In this document: piece after piece, positions 19,873 to 29,719 of the stretch | Numbering within the stretch: position 1 is the stretch's first letter | Layout of the letters: each line of letters opens with the position of its first letter | Origin: an uncultured Enterobacterales bacterium | GTDB taxonomy: Bacteria; Myxococcota_A; UBA796; CAZKWG01 | Direction: 5' to 3' | Length of the DNA: 64,000 nucleotides | NCBI GenBank assembly: GCA_964615375.1 | Contig: CAZTOW010000012.1 | Coordinates: 1-64,000 of the forward strand | Program-made: the position numbers and the translations under genes | The notes under the pieces: model-generated | What the model was told of the DNA's origin: nothing | What the model saw: the letters and a program-made list of their open reading frames with translations, nothing else | Database searches by the model: none

Positions 19873-20861
19873 TCCCCGCTCTGTCGCTCACGGGGTGCCA
19901 CCTCTTCAGCGATGGCTATATCGAGTGTACGGCCCAGGGGCCGCAGTCGTGCTTCGAGGAAGGGGACACCGACACGGACACGGACACGGACACGGACACG
20001 GACACCGACACCGACACGGATCTCCCGGAGATGTCGCTCGGGGTCTCCCTCTCGTTTGGCGGCGAGGGGCTCTGGTGGGCGCAGAGCTGGGAGCCGCCGA
20101 GCTGGGACGGGCCGAGCATCACGCGCTCGGGCGAGAGCGGCGATCTGCTGGGGCCCGCCGACTACGACGTGGACGGCGAGGCCATCTACGTCGCCTCCTC
20201 CGACGGCAAGCTCTACCGGCTGCGCGGCGCCACCTCCAGCAGCCCCACCCAGACTTTCGCGCTGGGCGACGATGTGGTCCACGATCTGGCGGTGCAGGAG
20301 GGGGTGGCCTGGCTGGCCGGCTCCAGCACGCTCTACCGCCTGGATCCGACCAGCGGCTCGGGCGTGGAGAGCGTGGCGCTGGTGACCGAGGGGGGCGAGA
20401 GCCTCTCGGTCTCCTCGCTGGGCGCGGTGGAGTCGCGGAGCGGCGGCGTGCTGATCGTCAGCACGGACGCGACGGGCAACCAGGATCTGCTCTTCCTCGA
20501 GCCGGGATCGAGCGCGACGCGGAGCTTCACGACGGTCCTGGTGGACGACTTCCTCAGCGCGGGCGCGCTGGATGTGGCCGACGTCTTCTTCGGAGAGGAC
20601 GACAGCCCCTGGATCTGCGACGTCTCGGGCGTGATCTACCAGGTCTCCGAGCTCGCCGAGGGCAACTCCGACACGGCCCTCCGCCCGAACCGCGACGAAG
20701 ACTCCGATGTGCTGACCTGCGGCTGGGACGATAGTCTTCAGATGTTCGTCTTCGTCTCGGAGGGAGGCGGCGTCTTCGGCGTGGACAGCGACGGGGAGCT
20801 GACCTCGCTGCTGGAGCCGGAGGCGCAGGGCTACGAGATTCATGGCGCCGGGCTGTTCTGA
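19815..20861 (+). CDS. hypothetical lipoprotein with (DT)8 linker
   Basis: Lipobox LSLTGC; a GTG at 19854 is an alternative start. (GACACG)n microsatellite encodes DTDTDTDT. Beta-rich Ser/Gly-rich body. Confidence 0.6.
   Translation: MVHGRAQEAPGGPVRAPSLIPALSLTGCHLFSDGYIECTAQGPQSCFEEGDTDTDTDTDTDTDTDTDTDLPEMSLGVSLSFGGEGLWWAQSWEPPSWDGPSITRSGESGDLLGPADYDVDGEAIYVASSDGKLYRLRGATSSSPTQTFALGDDVVHDLAVQEGVAWLAGSSTLYRLDPTSGSGVESVALVTEGGESLSVSSLGAVESRSGGVLIVSTDATGNQDLLFLEPGSSATRSFTTVLVDDFLSAGALDVADVFFGEDDSPWICDVSGVIYQVSELAEGNSDTALRPNRDEDSDVLTCGWDDSLQMFVFVSEGGGVFGVDSDGELTSLLEPEAQGYEIHGAGLF
19965..20018 (+). repeat. (GACACG)n hexanucleotide microsatellite encoding (DT)8-9 linker
   Basis: Seen directly; just after the lipobox of the 19815 lipoprotein. 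Confidence 0.9.
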
Positions 20862-20903
20862 GACCCGGGCGCGCGGGTAAACTTCGAGCGAGGAGATTCC
20901 AGG

Positions 20904-23234
20904 ATGCGCGCTTCCGCTCTGCTGCTTGTCCTGCTGGTCGGCTGCCCGGCTCCCACCACGGAGGTCGAGCCCGTGATGAAGGCCGTCGAGGATCTCGACC
21001 AGATCGTCGACGTCGAGGTCGTGGACGCGCTGGGCGTGGGCACCGTCGAGGTCCCCGTCCGGCTGGTCAACGACTATGGGGCCGCCATCCCGGGGGGGAA
21101 CGTGACCGTCAGCGTGGAGGGCGAGACCGCCGCGCTGGCCGCCACCTCCATCGTGGTGGACGAGGGCGGCTACGGGGTGGCCGAGGTCGCCGTGGACGGC
21201 TCGGAGGCGTTCACGCTCACGGTGGTGAGCACGGACGTCGGCGTGAGCGGCGGCGCCTCCGGGCAGGGCTTCGGGGTGGCCGGCGCCGCGCCCGACCTGG
21301 CCATCGACGCTGGGCTCGCGCTCTCCGACGACATCCACAACCCGGACTTCTTCGCCCGGGGCTCGCGGGGCTTCGCCGTGGCGAAGGACAACCTGGTCTG
21401 GTACGTGCCGGCCAGCTCGGGCACGCCGGCCCACCAGGTCGCGGCCTTCCCCTTCTCCATCGAGGGGATGTGGGCCTGCAACCTGGACACGGACGGGGTG
21501 CTGGACCTGGCGCTCTGGGGGGAGGACCAGGCGGTCTTCCTGCGCGGGCGCGCCGCGGGCGGCTACAGCTGGGGCGGGGCCTGGCAGGCGGACGCGGGCG
21601 ACGTGGTCGGCGTGGGCGTGGACGACCTGGACGGCGACCGGCTGCCCGACGTGGCGATCGGCATGAGCTCCAGCGAGTCGGGCTCGGTGCAGATCCTCAC
21701 GGGTGATGGGGCCTGGGGCTTCGAGCCCACCGACAGCCTGGACCTGAACTTCGAGATCATGGGCCTGGCCGCGGCGGACGAGGGGGACGACGGCACGGCG
21801 GAGGTCACCGTGCTGGCTACCTCCACCGGCTACCTGCGCCGCTACACGCAGTCCGAGGACGGCTGGATCGGCGCCACCGCGCCGGAGCTCGGGGAGGGCT
21901 TCCTCGACGAGTTCGCCGGGGCCACGGGCGCGGTGCTCATGCCGGCGGTGGACCTGAACGCCAACGGCGAGGAGGACTACATCCTCGTCGCCCCCACCGG
22001 GACCTCGCAGACCATCAAGTTCCTCACCATCGAGGACGAGGTCACCTACTTCACCCTGGAGTACAGCCAGGCCAACCCGACCACCGGCGACCTGGACCCG
22101 GGCTCGCCCGACGAGCTGGTGGTGCTGGACGCCGAGGGCGGCAACGTGCTGGCCTTCCAGGGAGAAGGCTCGGATCCGCAGTACCGCTCGCGCTCGATCT
22201 CGCTGGGCGACGTGCCCGCGCCCATCGCGCTGGTGGACGCGGACCAGGACGGCACCCTGGACGTCGGCGTGGCCACGGACATGGTCGCGCTCTACCGCGG
22301 GCAGGCCACGGAGGGGGTCTGGGACAACCAGGATCTGACCTGGCGCGCCTACGACGCCGACCTGAGCGGGCCGGTGGTGTACGGGGACTTCGACGGCGAC
22401 GGGCTGGTGGACTTCGCCAGCCTGACGGACGAGTCGGGCACGGCCACCCTGGAGCTCTGGTTCTTCTCGGTCGCGACGGGCGAGATCAAGCTGGTCAGCG
22501 GCGACGATCTGGACCTGGACGAGCTGGAGGGCAAGAGCCTGGCGGTGTGCCAGGAGGGCGACGACTTCATCTTCTACGCCGTCGTCAGCTCCGGCAGCAC
22601 GGACATGCTGAACCGCCTGCGCTACGAGCCGGGCACCAGCACGCTCTCGCTGGAGGCCAGCGCCATGGTGTCCGGCGATCACGTCGGCTGCGGCGACTTC
22701 GGCTCGGGCGAGGTGGCGGTGGCCAACAGCGCGGGCGCCTGGCAGGCCTACAGCTACAGCGAGGCCAGCGGGCTGACCGCCAGCACGGAGTCCGGCTCGC
22801 TGGGCTCGGTGTACGCGGCCACGGCGGCGGACACCGACGGCGACGGGATCGCCGAGATGGTGGGGTGCTCGGACAGCGGCTGCTCCATCGTGGCCGGCGA
22901 CATCGACGGGGACGGCGCGGACGAGGTCGTGACCGGCGGCAGCGCGCTGGGCTACGAGGACGACGGCAGCAGCAGCACGCTCGGCCTGGGCGGCGCGGTC
23001 TCGCTGGTGGACACCGACGGGGACGGGCACCTGGACGTGGTCTCGGTGGACGCCGAGGAGGGCCGGATCTACTTGCTGCGTGGCCTGGTGGGCGGGCTCG
23101 CCCCCGCGGTGCTGATGCACACGGAGCGCGAGATCGAGGGCACCGGCACGCTGGGCGACGTCAACGGCGACGGGACACCTGAGCTGGTGGTCGGCGGGAC
23201 CGGCGGCTCCATCCTCCACACGGACGCGGACTGA
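20904..23234 (+). CDS. FG-GAP/VCBS-repeat lipoprotein
   Basis: Lipobox LLVGC. Multiple DxDGDGxxD FG-GAP-like calcium-binding loops (DLDGDRLPD, DFDGDGLVD, DTDGDGIAE, DIDGDGADE, DTDGDGHLD, DVNGDGTPE). Confidence 0.8.
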   Translation: MRASALLLVLLVGCPAPTTEVEPVMKAVEDLDQIVDVEVVDALGVGTVEVPVRLVNDYGAAIPGGNVTVSVEGETAALAATSIVVDEGGYGVAEVAVDGSEAFTLTVVSTDVGVSGGASGQGFGVAGAAPDLAIDAGLALSDDIHNPDFFARGSRGFAVAKDNLVWYVPASSGTPAHQVAAFPFSIEGMWACNLDTDGVLDLALWGEDQAVFLRGRAAGGYSWGGAWQADAGDVVGVGVDDLDGDRLPDVAIGMSSSESGSVQILTGDGAWGFEPTDSLDLNFEIMGLAAADEGDDGTAEVTVLATSTGYLRRYTQSEDGWIGATAPELGEGFLDEFAGATGAVLMPAVDLNANGEEDYILVAPTGTSQTIKFLTIEDEVTYFTLEYSQANPTTGDLDPGSPDELVVLDAEGGNVLAFQGEGSDPQYRSRSISLGDVPAPIALVDADQDGTLDVGVATDMVALYRGQATEGVWDNQDLTWRAYDADLSGPVVYGDFDGDGLVDFASLTDESGTATLELWFFSVATGEIKLVSGDDLDLDELEGKSLAVCQEGDDFIFYAVVSSGSTDMLNRLRYEPGTSTLSLEASAMVSGDHVGCGDFGSGEVAVANSAGAWQAYSYSEASGLTASTESGSLGSVYAATAADTDGDGIAEMVGCSDSGCSIVAGDIDGDGADEVVTGGSALGYEDDGSSSTLGLGGAVSLVDTDGDGHLDVVSVDAEEGRIYLLRGLVGGLAPAVLMHTEREIEGTGTLGDVNGDGTPELVVGGTGGSILHTDAD

Positions 23235-23256
23235 GCGCGCGGGAGGGAGGTCAGCC

Positions 23257-24249
23257 GTGCGGATCTTCGTGACCGGGGCCGCGGGCCGCCTGGGCCTCCC
23301 GCTGGTGCGCGCGCTGGTGGGCTCGGGCGCGGAGGTGGTCGGGCTCGCCAGCACGAAAGAGAAAGCCGCCGAGCTGGAGAAGCTCGGGGCCAGGGCCCTG
23401 GTGGGCCGGCTCGACCGACAGGACGTGCTGGTCCAGGGGCTCCGCGGAGCGCGCCGGGTCTACCACCTGGCGGGCGGGGTGCGCGGGGCCGGCGCGGACA
23501 CCGCCGAGGTCATCAACCACCAGGGCACCCGCCACCTCTGCGACGCGCTGCGTTCGGTGGGGCACCGCGAGCTGGACGCGCTGGTGTTCACGAGCTCGGT
23601 GTCGGTCTATGGGGATCGCGCGGGGCTGTGGGTGGACGAGTCGATGCCGCCCTACCCCCAGACACTCTACGCGGAGAGCAAGGTGGCGGCCGAGCGGCTG
23701 CTGCTGCAGCTCGCCCGCGAGGAGGGGCTTCCCGCCCGGATCGTCCGGGTGGGCGCCGTCTACGGGCCGGGCTTCGGCGTGACCATGGACGCCGCCATCC
23801 GCGCCGGGCGCTGCTGGCTGCCGGGGGAGGGTCGGAACTACGTCCCCTCCTTGCACTGCGACGACGCCGTGGCTGGGCTGCTGTGCGTGGCCGATCGCGG
23901 CGCTGACGGCGAGATCTACAACCTCTCCGATCCGAACCCCGTGATCCAGCGGGAGTTCTACGCGGAGGTCGCGCGCCTGGTGGGCGGGCGCCCCCCGCGC
24001 TTCTGGTCCACCTGGATCCCCAGCTACGCCCAGCAGTGGGTGGCCAGCCGCGGCGAGGCCCTGCAGGCCCGGCTGGGGCGGCGACCCCGGCTGACCCCGG
24101 ACACGCTCAAGCTCTACACCGCCTCCGTGCGGATGAAGGTGGAGCGGCTGGAGAAGCAGCTCGGATTCACCTGGAAGTACCCGACGCACACGCTCGGGCT
24201 CGGCGCCACCTTCGCCCCCACAGGCGCGGCAGGGTCGGGCTATCCTTGA
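23257..24249 (+). CDS. NAD-dependent epimerase/dehydratase family protein
   Basis: IFVTGAAGRLG Rossmann motif; YAESK catalytic motif; GTG start. Confidence 0.8.
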   Translation: MRIFVTGAAGRLGLPLVRALVGSGAEVVGLASTKEKAAELEKLGARALVGRLDRQDVLVQGLRGARRVYHLAGGVRGAGADTAEVINHQGTRHLCDALRSVGHRELDALVFTSSVSVYGDRAGLWVDESMPPYPQTLYAESKVAAERLLLQLAREEGLPARIVRVGAVYGPGFGVTMDAAIRAGRCWLPGEGRNYVPSLHCDDAVAGLLCVADRGADGEIYNLSDPNPVIQREFYAEVARLVGGRPPRFWSTWIPSYAQQWVASRGEALQARLGRRPRLTPDTLKLYTASVRMKVERLEKQLGFTWKYPTHTLGLGATFAPTGAAGSGYP

Positions 24250-24308
24250 CCTCTGACGGTGGATGCCGTATAGAACGCTCTCAACCTCTCCCGACTCCTG
24301 GAGCCCGC

Positions 24309-25592
24309 ATGCGCCCGATGCTCGCCCTTCTTCTGGCGGGTTGCAACCCCCACGACGCGGAGGTCACCGGGACCTGGACCGTGTGGCTGGCGGCCAACTC
24401 GTCGGAGACCGTGGACGCCGAGATCGTGGACCTCTCGAGCGCCTCGCGGGTCGACTGCGCGTATGACGAGGACGATCCGCGCTCCATCGGCAACAGCGAC
24501 GGCGCGCCCTCCTGCGACGCGGTGGAGGATCTGGGCTGGCAGACCTGGCTTCAGGACGACGGCTTCTACTCGCTGAGCGACAGCCTGGAGCCCTGGCGCA
24601 CCGACGCCATCATCAACGGCGAGGGCGACTTCCAGCTCACGGTCCACCACAAGCTGGGCAACGGCGAGGACTTCCGCTTCGCCTTCTCCATCGACCCCGA
24701 CTTCGCGCCCTCGAACTGCACCTCCGACGGCGACGGCAACCTGAAGCTGGAGTACGAGGACGGGTCGAGCTGGCTGGACAAGTGGTCGGAGGACGAGGAC
24801 GGCTACACGATCTACTATCTGAACGCCGGGGCCTATCAGTACGACCCGAACAACACCTCGAACTACTGGTCCTTCGACTCGGACTGGCTGTCGGGCATCG
24901 GCGTCGCCAAGTGGAGCGACGACGACTTCTACTCCTACGGCGTGGATTACAGCTGGTTCGACCCGGACTATCCGGTCTACGTCTACTGCGAGGACGCCCG
25001 CTCCGGCGACGTGCTGCTGGACGAGTGCATCGAGTACGACGAGATCGACGCCCGCGTCCAGGAGCTCGCCGACGGCGGCGCGCGCACCAGCGAGTGCCCG
25101 TCCTCGGCCGACAGCTACAACCTGCGCCTGTTCTACCGCAGCGGCTACCACAGCACCTACTGTGAGAACACGCTGGGCGGCGAGGGGACCGAGAACTACC
25201 AGCAGGCCGTCATCGAGAAGCTGGAGGAGCGCACGGCGGTCTGGGCGGAGGAGATGACGCAGGTCTACGGGGCCGACGCCTTCGAGTTCCGCATCGAGGA
25301 CAACGCCTGGCGTGAGGCCGACTCCACCGACCAGGGCCTGGACGGCTGGGTGGACGTGCACACCTCCTGGGTCCGCATCAAGGATCCGAGCCAGCTGAAG
25401 GTGGACGGGACCCCCGAGGGCGACTTCCAGATCTACTTCTACGGCGCCGAGGCGAACTCGCACCTCCTGGTGCGCGGCAGCTTCAAGGCGGAGAAGGTCC
25501 GGGAGGACAAGTGGGCCTACGAGGACCTCGACGCCGTCAAGCGCGAGGAGAACGGCACGGAGTACTGCGGCGGCGCGACGCTGGAGCCTTGA
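24309..25592 (+). CDS. hypothetical acidic lipoprotein
   Basis: Lipobox LLLAGC; W/D/Y-rich secreted-protein composition; no recognised domain. Confidence 0.65.
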   Translation: MRPMLALLLAGCNPHDAEVTGTWTVWLAANSSETVDAEIVDLSSASRVDCAYDEDDPRSIGNSDGAPSCDAVEDLGWQTWLQDDGFYSLSDSLEPWRTDAIINGEGDFQLTVHHKLGNGEDFRFAFSIDPDFAPSNCTSDGDGNLKLEYEDGSSWLDKWSEDEDGYTIYYLNAGAYQYDPNNTSNYWSFDSDWLSGIGVAKWSDDDFYSYGVDYSWFDPDYPVYVYCEDARSGDVLLDECIEYDEIDARVQELADGGARTSECPSSADSYNLRLFYRSGYHSTYCENTLGGEGTENYQQAVIEKLEERTAVWAEEMTQVYGADAFEFRIEDNAWREADSTDQGLDGWVDVHTSWVRIKDPSQLKVDGTPEGDFQIYFYGAEANSHLLVRGSFKAEKVREDKWAYEDLDAVKREENGTEYCGGATLEP

Positions 25593-25775
25593 GCTGCAAC
25601 TGAATTCCGTTGTCAATTTCGAGGGCCGGGGATAGCTTCTCCCCGTCCACGCCTCCGTGTGTGGCCCTACGGCTGGGACCTCCTGCCCGGGACCGTGTGC
25701 ACCCCCCCCAGCACGCGGCGGTTACAGGAGGCCCGGCCATTTCTTTTTCTGGCGACCCCTCTCCGGGGCGCCCGA

Positions 25776-26327
25776 TCAGCGGATGCGCCGGCTGACCTCT
25801 CGGAAGAGCGGGGTCCCGGCGGATCCGATGAGCTCGAACAGGGCGGCCTCGGTGGTGACGACGCGCGCCCCGTCGGCGCGGGCGCGCTCCACCCCCAGGC
25901 TCCAGTCCAGGGGGCGGCGCGAGAGGCAGGCGTCGGCCACCAGCCACACGGCGTAGCCCGCCTCCAGGAGATCGCGGCAGGTCTGGGCCACGCAGATGTG
26001 GGTCTCCATGCCGCTCAGGATCACGGAGGCCCCCGGGTCGGGCCGGGCCGCCGCCAGGCGCTCCCCGAAGCCGCTCGCGCCCAGCGCCGAGAAGCTCAGC
26101 TTCTCCGCCGTGTCCGGGACCGCGAGGTCCGGCAGCGTGGGGCCCAGACCCTTGGGGTACTGCTCGGTGGCCAGGGTGGGGAGGGACAGCTCGCCCGCCA
26201 GCCAGCGGAGGTTCGCCGCGCGGGCGCGGGCCAGGTCGCGCTCGCCCTCGGGCATGGCGGTGAACAGGCGCTCCTGCCAGTCCACGAGGAGGAGGATCGC
26301 GCGGTCGGGATCGAGTCGAGCGGGCAT
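25776..26327 (-). CDS. isochorismatase-family cysteine hydrolase
   Basis: LLLVDWQ ... GMETHICVAQT catalytic Cys context typical of the isochorismatase/YcaC family. Confidence 0.8.
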   Translation of the reverse strand: MPARLDPDRAILLLVDWQERLFTAMPEGERDLARARAANLRWLAGELSLPTLATEQYPKGLGPTLPDLAVPDTAEKLSFSALGASGFGERLAAARPDPGASVILSGMETHICVAQTCRDLLEAGYAVWLVADACLSRRPLDWSLGVERARADGARVVTTEAALFELIGSAGTPLFREVSRRIR

Positions 26328-26370
26328 GAGAGCTCTTGGCAGCCGCGAGGGCCCGGTTTACGGGGAGGGG

Positions 26371-27165
26371 ATGTGGCTCCTCCTCCTCGGCGTCTTCAGC
26401 TGCAGCCCCTCTAACGAGGGCGTGCCCCCCGCGCAGGCGCCGCCCGCCGTGGAGCAGGCGCCTCCCCAGGCCGAGGTCGTCGAGCCGAAGGCGGCCACGG
26501 GCGAGGCGGCCACCGTGGACCTCACGCTGGGGGAGGGCTGGGGGGCCGTGTTCTGGCGCGACGGGGTGGCCTCGCGCTCGGGCGGCGGGGACGGGCTGCT
26601 GGGCCCGGCCGGCGCGGGCTCGGCGAAGCTCACGGGGGCGAGCGGGCCCTGCGGCGCGGTGTTGGAGGGGGCCCCCGCGCGCGCGGCCGTGGCGCTGCCC
26701 GCGGGGAAGACCCCGCCGACCCTGCCAGAGTCCCCGGCCACGCGCGCCGATCTGGTGGAGCGCGCCGCCTGGCGCCTGGACGAGGTGCTGCCGCCGCGCG
26801 ACCGCTTCTCCCCGGCCATCGAGTCGCCCGACCCGGCCCTGCAGCGCGGCGTGCGCGTGGCGAGCGTGGCCAAGACCCGGCGGACCGGCGCGCCCCCGGT
26901 GCTGCTGAGCTCGGGCGCGCGGGACTGCGTGGGCGTGGTGGCGGCGCTGGACCAGGAGGCCTCCAAGACCCTCTCCTGGGACCAGATCCCCGAGCTCTGC
27001 GAGCCGCTCTCCCTGCTGCCCGCCGCCGACCTGGACGGGGACGGGGCGCGGGAGGTGGTGGGCTACAGCGAGGCCCGGGTCATGCTCTGGCGCATCGAGG
27101 AGAAGCCCGGCGTGTTCCGCCTGATCCGCGCGGGTGACTGGCGCTGTGAGGACAGCGCGAAGTGA
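26371..27165 (+). CDS. hypothetical lipoprotein
   Basis: Lipobox LLLGVFSCS; Ala/Pro-rich; stop overlaps the murJ GTG start (GTGA). Confidence 0.6.
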   Translation: MWLLLLGVFSCSPSNEGVPPAQAPPAVEQAPPQAEVVEPKAATGEAATVDLTLGEGWGAVFWRDGVASRSGGGDGLLGPAGAGSAKLTGASGPCGAVLEGAPARAAVALPAGKTPPTLPESPATRADLVERAAWRLDEVLPPRDRFSPAIESPDPALQRGVRVASVAKTRRTGAPPVLLSSGARDCVGVVAALDQEASKTLSWDQIPELCEPLSLLPAADLDGDGAREVVGYSEARVMLWRIEEKPGVFRLIRAGDWRCEDSAK

Positions 27166-28700
27166 GCCGGCGCATCGCGATCGCCAGCGCCATCTGGGGC
27201 CTGTCCATCCTGCTGTCGCGCGTGATCGGGCTCGTGCGCGAGGCCGTGATCGGGCGCGTGCTGGGCGGCGGGGCCGAGGCCGACGTCTACCTGGCCAGCT
27301 TCGGCATCCCGGACTTCCTGAACCACCTGCTGGCCGGCGGCGCGCTGTCCATCGTGTTCATCCCCATCTTCGGGGGCTATCTGGCGCGGGGCGAGGAGGA
27401 GGAGGGCTGGCGCGTCTTCAGCCTCATCACCAACCTGCTGCTGGCGCTGATCGCGGTGGGTCTGGCGGTGTTCTGGATCTACGCGCCGGAGCTGGCGCGG
27501 CTCGTGGGCCCGGGATTCGACGAGGCGCAGCTCGCGCGGCTCACGGAGCTGACCCGCATCCTGCTGCCGGCGCAGGCCTTCCACGTCATCGGGGGGCTGC
27601 TGAGCGCGGTGCTCCAGGCCCGCGACCGCCACACCCTGCCGGCCCTGGCGCCGCTGCTGTACACGGTCTGCGTGATCGCGGGCGGGCTGCTGGCCGGGCC
27701 GGAGCTCGGCGCGGAGGGCTTCGCCTGGGGCGTGGTGGTGGGCAGCGTGATCGGCCCCTTCGGGCTCCCGCTCATCGGCTGCCTGCGAAGCGGGCTCCAC
27801 TGGCGGCCGGTCTTCGACCTGCGTCACCCGGACCTCAAGACCTACCTGGTTCGCTCGCTGCCGGTGATGGTCGGCTTCTCCATCGTGCTGGCGGACGACT
27901 GGTTCCTCCGGGCCATCGGCTCCATGCAGGGGGAGGGGGCGGTGGCCACCGTGCAGTACGCCAAGACGCTGATGCGCGTGCCGATGGGCGTGTTCGGGAT
28001 GGCGACGGGGGTCGCGGCCTATCCGACGCTCACGCGCCTCATCGCGCAGGGCAAGGACGCGGAGGCCTACGCCACCCTGAGCACGGCGACCCGGCGCATG
28101 CTCGTGCTCGCGCTGGCGAGCCAGGTGGCGCTGACGGTGGCGGGTGAGGACATCGCCCGGGTGATCTACGGGGCGCGCATCCCCGACGCGCAGTACGAGC
28201 AGATCGGGACCTGCCTCGGCCTCGTGTCGGTGGGGCTGTGGGCCTGGGCGGCGCAGACCGTGGTCTCGCGCGGCTTCTGGGCGCGGGGGCGGACCTGGGG
28301 GCCCACCCTGCTGGGGACCCTGACGGCGGCGCTCTCGCTCCCGGTGTACCTGGCGCTCGCCGAGCTCTGGGGGACGGCCGGGCTGGCGCTGGCCTCCTCG
28401 GTGGCGATGACCGTCTACGTGGTGGTGCTGATGATCTGGCTGCGCCGGGACTTCTCGGGCGCGGAGGACGGGTACCTGTCCTTCTTCCTGCGGGCGCTGC
28501 CCGCGGTGGGGGTGGGCGTGGGGGTCGGCTTCGGGCTGGAGGGCCTGCTGCCGCCGCTGGCGCCGCTCCTGCGCGGGGGGCTGCTGGCGGTGGCGGGGAT
28601 GGTCGCCTTCTTCGGCGCGGCGGCGCTGTTCCGGGTGCCCGACCTGCAGGACGTGGTGGGGCTGATCACGCGAAGGCTGAGGCGGAAGGGGAGCGCATGA
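27162..28700 (+). CDS. murJ: lipid II flippase MurJ
   Basis: MviN/MurJ N-terminal signature (SRVIGLVREAVIGRVLG, DVYLASFGIPDFL); 12+ TM helices. Confidence 0.9.
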   Translation: MSRRIAIASAIWGLSILLSRVIGLVREAVIGRVLGGGAEADVYLASFGIPDFLNHLLAGGALSIVFIPIFGGYLARGEEEEGWRVFSLITNLLLALIAVGLAVFWIYAPELARLVGPGFDEAQLARLTELTRILLPAQAFHVIGGLLSAVLQARDRHTLPALAPLLYTVCVIAGGLLAGPELGAEGFAWGVVVGSVIGPFGLPLIGCLRSGLHWRPVFDLRHPDLKTYLVRSLPVMVGFSIVLADDWFLRAIGSMQGEGAVATVQYAKTLMRVPMGVFGMATGVAAYPTLTRLIAQGKDAEAYATLSTATRRMLVLALASQVALTVAGEDIARVIYGARIPDAQYEQIGTCLGLVSVGLWAWAAQTVVSRGFWARGRTWGPTLLGTLTAALSLPVYLALAELWGTAGLALASSVAMTVYVVVLMIWLRRDFSGAEDGYLSFFLRALPAVGVGVGVGFGLEGLLPPLAPLLRGGLLAVAGMVAFFGAAALFRVPDLQDVVGLITRRLRRKGSA

Positions 28701-29719
28701 GGCGGGAGGGTGTAGCGCGACTGCAGGAGGCGGCCCTGGACGGGGTCGCCACGGGGGTCGGCAGCCTGCCGACGATGAGCCCGCGCGAGGCGGTGGCGCT
28801 CTCGGCGCGCTGCTGCCCGATCCTGCCTTTCTGGCCGCAGCTCCCGGGGCGCGGCGGGCGGGAGTCGGCCCTGGACCAGGGGCTGGCCGGGCTGGAGGAG
28901 GAGCTGGCCCCGGGGGATGGCCCCTTCCTCCACGAGATCCGCGACCGGGATCGCTTCCTGCTGGCCGCCGCCGCGCCGCCGGCCTGGGGCGCGGAGGAGG
29001 CGAGCGGGCTCCTGGAGTTTGAGGCCGCCATCGCCGATGGTCGGCTTCGTGGCGCGCGGGCGCTCAAGGGGCAGCTCATCGGCCCGGTCACGCTGGCGGC
29101 CTCGCTGCGCTGGCGCGGGCGGCCCATCTGGGAGGACGCCGGGCTCCTGCGGGCGCTGGGCGTGCGGGCGGCCTGGCAGGCGGCGGATCAGGCGGCGCGG
29201 CTGCGCCGGGGGCACGTCCCCGTGCTCCTGGTCCTGGACGAGCCGGGGCTGGGGCTGCTGCCGGCCGCCGCGCTGGCGCCGGACGGGGCGGCCTTCGAGG
29301 CCCTGGTCTGGGCCCTCGCCGCGGCGCAGGCCAACGGGGCGGTGGTCGGCGTCCACTGCTGCAGCGCGCCGCCCTGGGGCCTGCTCTCGCGCCTGCCGAT
29401 GGACCTCATCTCCTTCGACGCGAGCCGGGACGGGGCCGGCCTGCTCACGGACCCCGACGGCCGCACCCTGGCCGCCACGCGCTGGATCGCCTGGGGGCTG
29501 GTGCCCACCGATCGGCCGCCGACCGAGCTCGACCCCGAGCAGATCGCCGCGCAGTGGAGCGCCTCCATGCCGCCCGGCCTGGACCCGGCCGTGGTCGCCC
29601 GCCGGGCGCTCTTCTCCCCGGCCTGCGGGCTCGCCGGCAGCACCGTGGAGGAGGCCGAGCAGCGCCTCCGCCTCTCCGCCCAGATCGGCGAGCGGATCCG
29701 GCGCCTCAGCCTGCGTTGA
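28697..29719 (+). CDS. hypothetical protein co-transcribed with murJ
   Basis: ATGA overlap with the murJ stop; protein-like composition; no confident domain. Confidence 0.55.
   Translation: MRREGVARLQEAALDGVATGVGSLPTMSPREAVALSARCCPILPFWPQLPGRGGRESALDQGLAGLEEELAPGDGPFLHEIRDRDRFLLAAAAPPAWGAEEASGLLEFEAAIADGRLRGARALKGQLIGPVTLAASLRWRGRPIWEDAGLLRALGVRAAWQAADQAARLRRGHVPVLLVLDEPGLGLLPAAALAPDGAAFEALVWALAAAQANGAVVGVHCCSAPPWGLLSRLPMDLISFDASRDGAGLLTDPDGRTLAATRWIAWGLVPTDRPPTELDPEQIAAQWSASMPPGLDPAVVARRALFSPACGLAGSTVEEAEQRLRLSAQIGERIRRLSLR

Noticed and set aside
25755-25778. Hairpin GGCGACCCCTCTCCGGGGCGCC after a T-run as an intrinsic terminator
   Set aside because: The T-run precedes rather than follows the stem on the plus strand, and on the minus strand it is followed by A's. 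Geometry does not fit a canonical rho-independent terminator for either flanking gene.
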